Positions 9,886-19,505 of a DNA stretch of 64,000 bases are shown here, in pieces. The DNA comes from an uncultured Chloroflexia bacterium (GTDB lineage: Bacteria; Chloroflexota; Limnocylindria; Limnocylindrales; CSP1-4). Location of the stretch: assembly GCA_963746845.1 (NCBI GenBank), contig CAVVCZ010000004.1, positions 64,001 to 128,000 of the forward strand. Reading direction: 5' to 3'. A model generated the notes under the pieces. It was not told the DNA's origin. It was given only the letters and a program-made list of their open reading frames with translations, and searched no databases. The position numbers were made by a program, and so were the translations under genes. Positions within the stretch are counted from its first letter, which is position 1; each line of letters begins with the position of its first letter.

Positions 9886-10449
9886 ATGACCTTGGCGATC
9901 CACTGGGCCGGGGCCGCGCTGATCGCGGGCTCGGTCGCCCTCACGGCGGCCATCGTGCTCGTCTCGGTCCGGCCGGTGATCGCCCCGTCACTCTCGCCCG
10001 TCGTTGCCGCGATCCTCCTCCTGGCCGCCGCACTCCTCATCCCGTCACTGCCCGCGATGTACGCCGTGCAGGCGGATCGTGCCGGCACCATCGGGCTCGT
10101 CGGCCACGTCCTCCTGACGACGGGCCTGCTGCTGCTTGTGCTCGTGGCGGCGACGCCGCTGCTCCATCCATCGGTCGACGCGCGCATGGGCGAGGGCCCG
10201 CTCGTCTTCGGCCTGGGCATCGCGCTCACGCTCGGCCTGCTGATCACGGGGATCGCCACGTTCCAGGCCGAGGTCCTGCCGCGTCCGGCCGCGGTGCTGC
10301 TGCTGGCGGCGACGGCGGGGTTCTTCTTCGTGTTCTTCGTCGCCGAGTTCCTGCCGCCGGCCTTCGGGCAGGTCGGCACGGCCGCGTTCGGCGTCCTCCT
10401 GGGGCTCGGGCTCGCCTGGATCGGGCTGGCGCTGTGGGGACGGACGTGA
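9886..10449 (+). CDS. Multi-pass membrane protein
   Basis: About 6 hydrophobic segments; starts 1 nt after previous stop. Confidence 0.7.
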   Translation: MTLAIHWAGAALIAGSVALTAAIVLVSVRPVIAPSLSPVVAAILLLAAALLIPSLPAMYAVQADRAGTIGLVGHVLLTTGLLLLVLVAATPLLHPSVDARMGEGPLVFGLGIALTLGLLITGIATFQAEVLPRPAAVLLLAATAGFFFVFFVAEFLPPAFGQVGTAAFGVLLGLGLAWIGLALWGRT

Positions 10450-10451
10450 CG

Positions 10452-10865
10452 ATGTCGATGCGCTCACGCCCATCGCCGGCAGTCCGGATCGCGGCGCTGT
10501 CGTTCATCGGCGACGCCGGCTTCGGGATCGCGATGCCGCTGTCCCTCGCCCACCGCGCCCGTACCGGTCGTCTGCCGATGACCCCGTGGGGCTTCCGGGC
10601 GTTCGAGGGTGGCCCGTTCGACCGACTCGATCCGACGATGTTCGCGGCGCTCGGCTGGACGCTCGTGGGGGTCTGCACGGCGGATGTCGTCGCGGGGATC
10701 TGGCTGTGGCGCGGGGAGCGGCGGGGCGCGCTGCTCGGCCTGGCGATGACGCCGCCGGCGCTCATCCTCGCCTCGGGCTACCTGCTGCCGCTCATGCTGA
10801 TCCCGGCGCCGATCCGGGCCGGGATTCTGATCGCCGGCTGGCGGACGTTGCGTTCGACGCCTTGA
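10452..10865 (+). CDS. Small membrane protein
   Basis: Hydrophobic ORF, LPMTPWGFRAFEGGPF segment, operonic spacing. Confidence 0.65.
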   Translation: MSMRSRPSPAVRIAALSFIGDAGFGIAMPLSLAHRARTGRLPMTPWGFRAFEGGPFDRLDPTMFAALGWTLVGVCTADVVAGIWLWRGERRGALLGLAMTPPALILASGYLLPLMLIPAPIRAGILIAGWRTLRSTP

Positions 10866-10932
10866 TCCGGCGCCCGGCCTGAACCTGTGCGAGGGACTCG
10901 CGGAGCGGCCGGACCTGTTTCACTGAGCGGCG

Positions 10933-11436
10933 ATGGACCTGCTTCTCCAGCAGATCGGCGACGCGTTCGCGGGCTTCGCGGCGCAACCCGTCGTCCGGCT
11001 GATCCTGATCGTGGCCCTCGGCTACCTCGTCGCGGTCTGGCTGGCCTCGGCGCTGTGGGCGTTCGTCGACATGCGTCGCCGGACGGACAACCCCGTCGCT
11101 CCCTACGCGTCGGCGGGGATCGTCATCCTCGCGTCGCCCCTGTTCTTCCCGTTCGCGCTCCTCCTGCACGTGGCCGTCCGGCCGCGGACCACCGTCACCG
11201 AGGCCCGCCTGACCCAGCTGAACGACGCCGCGCTCGAGGCGGAGGTCGATGTCCCGAGGTGCCCGACCTGCCGCAAGCCGGTCGAGTCCGACTGGCTGAT
11301 CTGTCCGCACTGCCGGGCGACCCTCGGCCACCGCTGCGACCGATGCGGCCGGGCCGTCGAGGTCGATTGGGATGCCTGCGCGTGGTGTGGGGCGTCGTTC
11401 GAGCCGCCGACGGGCCTGGTCCAGACCGATCGCTGA
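10933..11436 (+). CDS. Membrane-anchored double zinc ribbon protein
   Basis: Two TMs then CPTC..CPHC..CDRC..CAWC. Confidence 0.85.
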   Translation: MDLLLQQIGDAFAGFAAQPVVRLILIVALGYLVAVWLASALWAFVDMRRRTDNPVAPYASAGIVILASPLFFPFALLLHVAVRPRTTVTEARLTQLNDAALEAEVDVPRCPTCRKPVESDWLICPHCRATLGHRCDRCGRAVEVDWDACAWCGASFEPPTGLVQTDR

Positions 11437-11469
11437 GCGAACAGGTCGGCCGACGGGTCGGCCGGCAGC

Positions 11470-11505
11470 GCCCGGCCCCGCGGGACGAGCCCACGGGGGC
11501 CGGGC
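11470..11505. terminator. GC-rich hairpin between convergent genes
   Basis: GCCCGGCCCC...GGGGCCGGGC inverted repeat; no U tract. Confidence 0.5.
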
Positions 11506-11520
11506 AGGAGAACGAGACGG

Positions 11521-11739
11521 TCAGGCCGGTCGCCGCTCGGTCTGCTCCTTGACGTGGCTCGCGTCACGGCGGAGCTCGTCACCCGCGTTGCCGATGGCGT
11601 CGCGAACGTCGTCGCCGGCGTTCGCGACCTTGTCCGAGACGCTCTCGTCGCCGTCGACCTTGCGCCAGGTCTCCTTGGCCTTGTTATCGACCTTGCGCAC
11701 GGTCTCCTTGGCGTCGGCCTTCAGGTCGTCGTAGGTCAT
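11521..11739 (-). CDS. Small hydrophilic CsbD/LEA-like protein
   Basis: GGAGG RBS; internal repeats AKETVRKVD/AKETWRKVD and NAGDD/NAGDE. Confidence 0.7.
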   Translation of the reverse strand: MTYDDLKADAKETVRKVDNKAKETWRKVDGDESVSDKVANAGDDVRDAIGNAGDELRRDASHVKEQTERRPA

Positions 11740-12029
11740 CGTCGGGTCCTCCAGGCATCGGCCGAGGGGTTCGGCCCTGGTCTCGACCGTAGACGCCGGG
11801 ACGTTGCCGGAGGCCTTCGCGGGCGCGAGAGCGGGTGTCAGCCCGGTTGCAGTCGGCGCCCGGGTAGGGGATCGTGACGGGTGCCGGCGAACCGGCTGTC
11901 GTGCGTCTGCAACCGGGGTCGCTCATCTCGCACTCCCGCCGGCGCACGAGGGACCGTACAGTCGGGCGCATCGGATCCACCGTCGATCGGTGGGGCGTGC
12001 CTGACCGCAACTCAACGGAGGAATGAACC

Positions 12030-12461
12030 ATGGCAACCACCACTCGCGTCGACGACGCCATCAACGGCACCGCAGAGCTGGCCTCGTCGGCCAAGGACAC
12101 CGCGAAGGACGTGATCGACGACGCGGCGGACGCGGCCGCGGACGCCGGATCGACCGTCGCCGACCGGGCGTCCGCCGTCGCCGAGGCGGTGTCCGAGAAG
12201 GCCTCGGCCGTGGCCGCTCGTCTGCCCGACGCCGCGAACGCGGCCGGCGCCCAGGTCGGTCGGGCCGGCGAGATCATCCGGGGCGAATCGGACGAGGTCC
12301 TCGCGGTGGGGACATCCCTGTCCCTCGGGTTCGCGCTGGGCCTGCTGCTCGGTGGGGCGAACCGGCTGCTCGTGATCCTCGCCCTGGTCCCGGCGACGGC
12401 GATGGGCTACACCCTGTTCGACCGGCACAACGGCGGGACGCGCGCGACGCGCAAGGGCTGA
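12030..12461 (+). CDS. Ala/Asp-rich protein with C-terminal TM anchors (DUF883/ElaB-like architecture)
   Basis: GGAGG RBS; amphipathic A/D-rich N-terminus, two hydrophobic C-terminal helices. Confidence 0.7.
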   Translation: MATTTRVDDAINGTAELASSAKDTAKDVIDDAADAAADAGSTVADRASAVAEAVSEKASAVAARLPDAANAAGAQVGRAGEIIRGESDEVLAVGTSLSLGFALGLLLGGANRLLVILALVPATAMGYTLFDRHNGGTRATRKG

Positions 12462-12512
12462 GCTCGACCCGAACGCACGGTCTGATCCGGCCGACGACCC
12501 CCGGACAGGCGA

Positions 12513-12540
12513 AACGCCCGGAGGAGGGGGCTCCGGGCGC
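12513..12540. terminator. Terminator-like hairpin
   Basis: CGCCCGGAG...CTCCGGGCG stem, followed by TTT on the minus strand. Confidence 0.5.
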
Positions 12541-12913
12541 TCCGCGGGATCGGGGGTGAAGACGCCCCGTCACAAGCGTCTTCACTCGGTTGTGGTCGGT
12601 TCCCGATCGACGTCCACGTCGATCGCGCGTTGATCGTAGACACCGGTCCGTCCCGCCCGTCTGCCACGCGAGGGGTCGGACATTGCAACGGCATAACAGC
12701 CGCGAGGTCGCGCTGCCCGATCCACGCGGGGGGCGTGGCGGCGCGCAGGTCGGCGAGGGACCGGACGCGAGACGATCGAAACGCGGGCTCCCGGACCCCC
12801 AGTGGTCGAGAGCCCGCCTCCCCAGTCTTCGGGCCGGTCGGTGACGGGAGCGTCAACCGGGGGACCGTCGAGGTTGCAGGCGCCCGACGCCCGGCCGGTC
12901 CCTCGGTCGTGGC

Positions 12914-13268
12914 TCAGCCCATCGCGTCGTCGGTGAGGATCCGCCAGGACGGCGTCGCGCAGGTCCCGAGCGGTCGCGTCGCAGCGGGTCGGGTGCTGCC
13001 CGTCGTCGCGCGGACCGATCAGGATCGTGCGCAGGCCCGGCTGACGATCGCGGCAGGTCGCCGGGTCGGCGGTGAGGTACCAGCCCGTGGCCGTCGGAGC
13101 ATCGGGCAGCGCCGGGACGTGACCGCTCCATGCGGCGCGGGCGGCCGCCGTGTGGTCCGGCGGGCCGACGAGGACGAGCTCCCGGCCGCTCTCCACGAGA
13201 TGGGCCAGGCGGTCGTCGAGGTCGGATTCGAGGGCCGCCACCGAGCCGTCGACGTAGATCGTGTCCAT
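12914..13268 (-). CDS. Hypothetical protein, degenerate HAD-like (frameshift near 12941)
   Basis: MDTIYVD..WYLTADP..GLRTILIG..ARDLRDAVLA, then ILTDDAMG* in the shifted frame; TACAGT 7 nt before ATG. Confidence 0.6.
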
Positions 13269-13414
13269 TCGCTCGACTGTACCGCCCGTGGGTTCGGCCG
13301 GTCGTGCATGGTCGGCCGGCTGCCTTGCAGCCGACCAGCAAACGAAGACGCCCACCGGGATCGGTGGGCGCTTCGCCGGGCAGGTGACGCGGAGCGGTGC
13401 TCCGCCGGGTGGGT

Positions 13415-13696
13415 CTAGATGGCGCCGCGGCCGGTGCGGCTGCGTCCGGTGACGGCGTTCACGACGACGACCACGAGGACCGCGCCGATCACCGAGACGA
13501 CGATCGAGCTCAGGTCGAACGGACCGTCGATCGGGTGCGAGTTGAACAGGACGCCGGCGAGGAAGCCGCCGACGACCGCGCCGACGATCCCGAGCACGAC
13601 GTGCCCGATCACCCCGAGGCCCTCGTCACCACGGACGAGGAAGCCGGCGAGGTAGCCGGCGATCGCGCCGAGCACGATCCAGGCAATGATGTTCAC
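13415..13696 (-). CDS. GlsB/YeaQ/YmgE (transglycosylase-associated) membrane protein
   Basis: MNIIAWIVLGAIAGYLA..LGIVGAVVGG..SVIGAV. Confidence 0.92.
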   Translation of the reverse strand: MNIIAWIVLGAIAGYLAGFLVRGDEGLGVIGHVVLGIVGAVVGGFLAGVLFNSHPIDGPFDLSSIVVSVIGAVLVVVVVNAVTGRSRTGRGAI

Positions 13697-13734
13697 GAGA
13701 TCTTGACTCCATTCAGCGAGTGACGACCGTCAGG

Positions 13735-13911
13735 TCAGGACGCGCTCGGCGCGGCCTCGGACGGGGCCGCCTGCGACGGGGCCTCGACCGACGGCGCGGC
13801 CTCGGACGGCGTCACGATCGACGGGGACGGGCTCGCGGCGGGGCTGCAGGCGACGGCTGCGCCGCCCATCGTGGCCGCGAGGGCAAGGGCAAGCAGGATG
13901 CGCTTCATCAT
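13735..13911 (-). CDS. 58-aa lipoprotein with PSEAA-type repeats (absent from ORF track)
   Basis: MMKRILLALALAATMGGAAVACSPAASPSPSIVTPSEAAPSVEAPSQAAPSEAAPSAS*; lipobox AVAC; GGAGG upstream. Confidence 0.75.
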   Translation of the reverse strand: MMKRILLALALAATMGGAAVACSPAASPSPSIVTPSEAAPSVEAPSQAAPSEAAPSAS

Positions 13912-14061
13912 CTGGGGAGTTCCTCCGATTTGCCAGGGCGACGGCGGATCCGTCGCCGCGGGTGGCCGGGGTGACCACGTCGGACGACCGTAGTCACGAC
14001 GGCCGAACGCCCGCCCGTTCGAGTCGCGACCGAATCGTTGCAGTCGCCTCGCAGACCGGTC

Positions 14062-16908
14062 CTAGCCGTCCTCGTCCATGACCCGCAGCGAGAACCCGAA
14101 CTCGGCGCCGCCCGACTCCGCGTTCCGGGCCCAGATCCGGCCACCCATCGCCCGGATCAACCGGGCGCACACGAACAGCCCGATCCCCGCGCCGGATGCG
14201 CTCCGAGCCGTCTCGGCGGATCGGAAGAACAGCTCGAACAGCTGGTCCGTCTCCTCGGGCGGGAAGCCGGGGCCGTTGTCGACGATCCGCACGATCACGT
14301 CGTCCGGGGTCGACTCGACCGTCACCCGGACCGACGCGCCGGCGCCGCCGTACTTCGCCGCGTTCGACAGGAGGTTCCGGACGACCTGCTCGACATAGGT
14401 CGGATCCGCGACGACCGTCGGCAGGCCGCCCGGCATGTCCAGCGCGAATGACACGCCCGGCCAGCGGCTCTCCTCGGACGCGAGGACCGACGGCAGGAGT
14501 CGCTGGAGGAGCACCGGCTCCGCGCCGACATCGCCGCCCTCGTCGCCGAACCGGGTCATCGCGACGACGTCCTCGACGAGCCGGTGGAGGCGCTCCGACT
14601 CGATCACGATGTCCCCGAAGATCTCGGCCCGCGTCTCGGCCGCCAGCTCGCCCGGCCGCGACAGGACCTTCGCGCCGGCGTAGATCGTCGTCACCGGCGT
14701 CCGCAGCTCGTGCGACAGCACGCCGATGAACGTGTCCCGGACGGCCTGCCGCTGGCGGGCCTCGGTCACGTCGCGCAGGACGACGAGCGTCTCGGCGCGG
14801 GCGTCGGCCTCGCGATCGGCCCCGACGAGCCACGTCGAGATCTCGATCCAGCGCTCTTCGCCGTGGCATGCCCGGAGCTCGACCGGCCCGCCCGTGCGAC
14901 CGAGCGCCGGCGCCAGCTCGTCGGGATCGTCGAGCTGGGCGAGGATGTCGGCGAAGGTCTCCTCCTCCACGTCCGGGAAGAGGTCCTCCGCGGCCGGGTT
15001 CGAGAGGATGATCCGGCCGTCGCGGTCGCACACGAACACGCCCTCGCCCATCGCCCGGATGACCGCGTTCAGCTCCGCGGCACGGGCGTGCTCCGACGCG
15101 GCGAGGCGCCGGAGCGTCTCCTCGGCGGCGATCCGCTCGCGCAGGTCGCGGGCCACCGCGAGGATCCGGGGCGGCTCCGATGCGAGGGTGACGAGCTGGA
15201 GCCGGATTTCGACGGGGATCGGCGCCGCCCCGGATCGCGCGAGATGCACGGTGTCGGTCCGCGCCTCCGCCTCGCCGGCGTCGAGGGCGTCGATCGACGC
15301 CCGGACGGCCCGTGCCTCCCCCTCGTCGAGGTGCGACTCGAGGGTCGTCCCGACGAGCTCGTCGATGGATCGGCCGAACTGCTCGGCCGCACCCTGGTTG
15401 GCGTACACGATCCGCCCGGCGTCGACGTCCGTCAGGACGACGGCGTCGCTCGTGGCGTCGAGGAGCCGCTTGAACCGGACGCCCTCGCGGAACAGGCGGG
15501 CGTTCTCGATCGCTGCGGCGGCACGGGTCGCGAGGGCTTCGGCGAAGGCGACGTCGTCGGGCTCGAACCGCCGGCCCGAATCGCCGTGGATCAGTGTGAG
15601 GACGCCGAGGATGCGGCCGCCTGCCGTCAGCGGGACGGCCAGGGCCGAACGAAGCGACAAGGCGCGCAACATCTCGCGGTGGCGGTCGTCGCGGGCCGCG
15701 GCGTCGACCTGTTCGGGGGTGATGTCCGGGACGTACTCCGTGTGCCCGTCGCGGAGGATCGACGCCGCGCCGATCGGCGCGTCCGGGTCCGTCGGATACT
15801 CGCTCGAGACCTGGATCGCCAGGGCGACGCGGGTTGGGTCGCGATGGGCGACCGCGATCCGGCGCGGGACGCCCTCCTGGTCGGCGAGCTGGACCACGCA
15901 CCAGTCCGCGAACTGGGGCACCGCGAGGTCGGCCACGCTCTGGACCGTCTGCTCGGCGTCGAGCGACGATGCCAGGACGTCGCTCGCCCGGGCGAGGAAC
16001 TGCTCGCGCTCCTGGGCGATCACCCGCTCCGTGATGTCGGTCACCGTCTCGATCACGAGATCGATCCCGCCCGTGTGATCGCGCATCGGGCTCGCGCTGA
16101 TGCTGTACGAGCGCTGGGCGCCCGTGTCGGTCTCGATCGTGAGGACGTCGTTGTGGACGGACTCGCCACGGACCGCCCGGCGGAGCGGCCAGTCGTCCTC
16201 GGCGACCCGGCTGCCGTCCTGGCGGAAGCCCGGATTGCCGAGGTATTCGGGCGTCTCGCCGACCCGCAGCCGGAGGTGCGGCAGACGCCGGGCGGCATCG
16301 TTCGCGAACAGCAGGGTGCCGGTCGACGCATCGACGAGGATCACGCCGACCGGCATGTGGCGCAGGACGGATTCGAGGCGGTCCTCGGCGCGTCGGCGCT
16401 GCTCGGCCATCTCCCGGAACCGCAGCTCCCGCTCGCGGATCCGGCGCTCCGACTCGACCCGCGGCGTCACGTCGTGGAAGGTGTTGACCACCACCATCGT
16501 GCCGTCGGGGAGCGTGACCGGCCGCGCGTGGAGGAGCGACCAGCGCTCGATGTCGTCGGCCAGCCGGAACCCGACGACGACGGGTGCGGCCGGCTCGCCG
16601 TGGAGGATGTGACGACCGGGCAGGTCCGCGAGATGGAACGGCCGGCCGTTCTCGTCGACCAGGGCGAGACGGGCGATCAGGTCCTCCGGGCTTGCGGCGA
16701 GCATCGCCCCGGGGGAATCGAAGCCCGCCATGCGGGCGGCGAGCGCGTTGACGTAGATCAGGCGGCCGGACGCGTCCTGGACGCTGATCCCGGCGGTGAC
16801 GCCGGCCAGCACGACCTCCAGGTCGATCGGCGGAGCGGGCTTCGTCGGCGTCGGTCGGGCTGCGCTCGGAGACCCGGTCTCGACGGGAACGGCGACGACG
16901 GCTTTCAC
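14062..16908 (-). CDS. Cytoplasmic PAS-PAS-GAF-PAS-PAS sensor histidine kinase
   Basis: ADWCVV GAF motif, H-box LSHELRTP, N-box NLLSNAAKY, DNGPG, GAGIGL; start uncertain (16908-17013). Confidence 0.9.
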   Translation of the reverse strand: MKAVVAVPVETGSPSAARPTPTKPAPPIDLEVVLAGVTAGISVQDASGRLIYVNALAARMAGFDSPGAMLAASPEDLIARLALVDENGRPFHLADLPGRHILHGEPAAPVVVGFRLADDIERWSLLHARPVTLPDGTMVVVNTFHDVTPRVESERRIRERELRFREMAEQRRRAEDRLESVLRHMPVGVILVDASTGTLLFANDAARRLPHLRLRVGETPEYLGNPGFRQDGSRVAEDDWPLRRAVRGESVHNDVLTIETDTGAQRSYSISASPMRDHTGGIDLVIETVTDITERVIAQEREQFLARASDVLASSLDAEQTVQSVADLAVPQFADWCVVQLADQEGVPRRIAVAHRDPTRVALAIQVSSEYPTDPDAPIGAASILRDGHTEYVPDITPEQVDAAARDDRHREMLRALSLRSALAVPLTAGGRILGVLTLIHGDSGRRFEPDDVAFAEALATRAAAAIENARLFREGVRFKRLLDATSDAVVLTDVDAGRIVYANQGAAEQFGRSIDELVGTTLESHLDEGEARAVRASIDALDAGEAEARTDTVHLARSGAAPIPVEIRLQLVTLASEPPRILAVARDLRERIAAEETLRRLAASEHARAAELNAVIRAMGEGVFVCDRDGRIILSNPAAEDLFPDVEEETFADILAQLDDPDELAPALGRTGGPVELRACHGEERWIEISTWLVGADREADARAETLVVLRDVTEARQRQAVRDTFIGVLSHELRTPVTTIYAGAKVLSRPGELAAETRAEIFGDIVIESERLHRLVEDVVAMTRFGDEGGDVGAEPVLLQRLLPSVLASEESRWPGVSFALDMPGGLPTVVADPTYVEQVVRNLLSNAAKYGGAGASVRVTVESTPDDVIVRIVDNGPGFPPEETDQLFELFFRSAETARSASGAGIGLFVCARLIRAMGGRIWARNAESGGAEFGFSLRVMDEDG

Positions 16909-17085
16909 GGTGGATGGGTGCGGGTGGGCGACCAGATCACGGATCCTCGATCCCTCGACGCCATGGGGGAGGGCGTCCGTTGCAGTCGAGCAAACCGGAC
17001 GTCGTTCGGGCATGCGCGCGGTTTGCGCGGGTCTTGCAGTTTTCTTGCAAGCCCCGCCCGGGATCGTTCCGGGTACGATCCGGCG

Positions 17086-17730
17086 ATGGCAACCAGCACG
17101 ACACCCGGCTCGATCACGGTTCCCGGCCGCGGCACGGTCCGTGTGGACCCCGATGTCGCGACGATCCGCTTCGGTGCGGTCGTCGTGCGGCCGACGGCCG
17201 GCGACGCCCGGTCCGCCGCCGCCGCGACGATGGGTGGCGTGATCGACGCCCTGACCGGCGGCGGCGTCGATCGACGCGACCTCCAGACGACGCTCGTCGG
17301 GCTCGACGCCGTGCGCGAGTACGGGCAGGACGGCAGCGCGCGGGTGACCGGCTATCAGCTCAACAACACGATCGAGGCGACGGTCCGGAAGATCGACACG
17401 GTCGGTTCATTGATCGATGCCGCCCTCGCGGCCGGAGCGACGAGCATGGACGGCCTGACCTTCCGTCTCGCGGACCCGACCGAGGCGTTGTCCGAGGCGC
17501 GCCGGCGGGCCGTCGCGGATGCCCGCGCCCGGGCCGTGACGCTCGCCGCGGAGGCGGGCGTGACCCTGGGTTCGGTCGTCGCGATCACCGAGGGTGGCGC
17601 GTTGCCGCCCGGTCCGCCGCGGCCGATGGCCGAGATGCGGATGAAGGCCGCCGCCGACATCGCGACACCCGTCGAGGCGGGCACGAACGAGCTCGAGATC
17701 GGCGTCACCGTGAGCTTCGAGATCGGCTGA
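17086..17730 (+). CDS. SIMPL (DUF541) domain protein
   Basis: ITVPGRGTVRVDPD, VTGYQLNN, ARRRAVADARARA, PVEAG; TACGAT 6 nt before ATG. Confidence 0.88.
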   Translation: MATSTTPGSITVPGRGTVRVDPDVATIRFGAVVVRPTAGDARSAAAATMGGVIDALTGGGVDRRDLQTTLVGLDAVREYGQDGSARVTGYQLNNTIEATVRKIDTVGSLIDAALAAGATSMDGLTFRLADPTEALSEARRRAVADARARAVTLAAEAGVTLGSVVAITEGGALPPGPPRPMAEMRMKAAADIATPVEAGTNELEIGVTVSFEIG

Positions 17731-17767
17731 TCGCGCCCACACAGCTCCGCTCGGGGGCGGGTGGAAG

Positions 17768-19096
17768 TCAGCCCCGCGAGGCCACGACCCGGAGCAGCTC
17801 GCCGCCGCTGATGTCGACCGCATAGAGCTCGCCGGCCTCGTCCTCGCCGAACGCTGCGAAGCTGTGGCCCGAATCGTCGACGAACGTCGGGTCGCGGGGT
17901 CCGTCGGTCGCAGGGTCGATCGCCCAGACCTTGCCCGAGCAGTAGTCGCCAAAGACGTAGCCGCCGGCCAACGCGGGTTGGGCCGTCCCCCGATAGACGT
18001 ACCCGCCGATCACCGTGCAGCCCAGGACATGACCGTACTCGGTCACGGGAGGCGTCAGCGCCGGGCTCTCGCAGCCGGTCGATGGCTGGAAGCAGTGGCT
18101 GCCCTCCATCCGGTTCCAGCCGAAGTTCGTGCCGCCCGGGGCCCCGGCGCGCTGGACATCGATCTCCTCCCATGCCGACTGGCCGACGTCGCCGATCCAC
18201 AGGTCGCCCGTCGCCCGATCGAAGCTCATCCGCCACGGATTCCGGAGCCCCGTCAGCCAGATCTCGGGCAACCCGCCGGCGCCGTCCGCGAAGGGGTTGT
18301 CGGTCGGGATCCCGTACGCCCGGCCACCGGACGGGTGGTCGACATCGATCCGGAGGATCTTCGCCAGAAGCGTGGTCAGCGACTGGCCGTTCCCCTGGGG
18401 GTCGCCGCCGGAGCCGCCGTCGCCCAGCGCGATGTAGAGGTTCCCATCGGGCCCGAACGCGAGCGCGCCGCCGTTGTGGTTCGAGAACGGCTGCTCGATG
18501 TGGATGATCCGAACCTCCGAGGCCGGGTCCACGCGATCCGGATCGCCCGCCGCGACCGTGAACGACGAGACCTGCGTGTCACCGGCCGGATCCGTGTAGT
18601 CGACGAAGACCCGGGGATCCGCCGGGTACCGCGGATGAAACGCCACGCCGAGGAGGCCCCGCTCGCCGCCACTCGAGATCTGGCCCGAGATGTCCAGGAA
18701 GGGGCTCGGTGCGAGCGTGCCGTCCCGGACGATGGAGATCCGGCCGCCCTGCTCGGCAATGAACAGTCGGTTGGTCCCGTCGTGGGCGTTGACAACCGCA
18801 AGTGGCGCGGCCAGCCCCGAGACGACGACGTCGAAGGTGAGCGTGAGTCCGGTCGGATCGAACGCGGGGCCCGGCGAGCCGGCGGGCGTCGGGCTCGGGC
18901 GAACCGTCGGCGACGCAGACGGGGACGCGCCGGCCGACGGGGCGGGGAGGGTCCCGGGAGGCGTCGCCGGGGATGGCGAGGCGGATCGCGCGGCGCCGCC
19001 GCAGGCCGCGGTGACGATCGCGACCGACGCGGCAAGGAGCGCGGCCCGGGCGAGCGGTGGGCGTCGCCGGGTCGTGCGGGTGGCACGGGGTGACAT
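17768..19096 (-). CDS. PQQ-dependent glucose/sorbosone dehydrogenase family lipoprotein
   Basis: Lipobox TAACG, GERGLLG, NHNGG..FGPDG, GLRNPWRMSFD, DVGQ..WEEI. Confidence 0.9.
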   Translation of the reverse strand: MSPRATRTTRRRPPLARAALLAASVAIVTAACGGAARSASPSPATPPGTLPAPSAGASPSASPTVRPSPTPAGSPGPAFDPTGLTLTFDVVVSGLAAPLAVVNAHDGTNRLFIAEQGGRISIVRDGTLAPSPFLDISGQISSGGERGLLGVAFHPRYPADPRVFVDYTDPAGDTQVSSFTVAAGDPDRVDPASEVRIIHIEQPFSNHNGGALAFGPDGNLYIALGDGGSGGDPQGNGQSLTTLLAKILRIDVDHPSGGRAYGIPTDNPFADGAGGLPEIWLTGLRNPWRMSFDRATGDLWIGDVGQSAWEEIDVQRAGAPGGTNFGWNRMEGSHCFQPSTGCESPALTPPVTEYGHVLGCTVIGGYVYRGTAQPALAGGYVFGDYCSGKVWAIDPATDGPRDPTFVDDSGHSFAAFGEDEAGELYAVDISGGELLRVVASRG

Positions 19097-19163
19097 CGTG
19101 GAATCCTACGATCGTCGCGGCGCGGACGCTCCCGAGCCTCCCGGCTCCCACTATCCTCGCGCC

Positions 19164-19496
19164 ATGGATGCCTTCGAGCTGTCGGAGCTGATCGCCCGAC
19201 GAACGGCCAGCGGCCGACCCTACCTGGAGTTCATCACGGTCCCGGACCTGTCGGTCGGGCTGTACGTCCTGGCGGCCGGTCAGCCGGACCTCCAGCAGCC
19301 CCATCTGGAGGACGAGGTCTACCACGTGATCAGCGGCCGCGGCCGGATCTCGGTCGGGGACGAGGACCGCGAGGTCGGGCCCGGGTCGACGGTCTTCGTC
19401 GCGGCGACCGTGCCCCACGCGTTCCACGACATCACCGAGGACCTGACGATCTTCGTCGCGTTCGGGCCGGCCGAGGGATCCCGGGCTCGAGGCTGA
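19164..19496 (+). CDS. Cupin domain protein
   Basis: QQPHLEDEVYHVISG..VPHAFH. Confidence 0.85.
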   Translation: MDAFELSELIARRTASGRPYLEFITVPDLSVGLYVLAAGQPDLQQPHLEDEVYHVISGRGRISVGDEDREVGPGSTVFVAATVPHAFHDITEDLTIFVAFGPAEGSRARG

Positions 19497-19505
19497 GCGA
19501 GCCCG

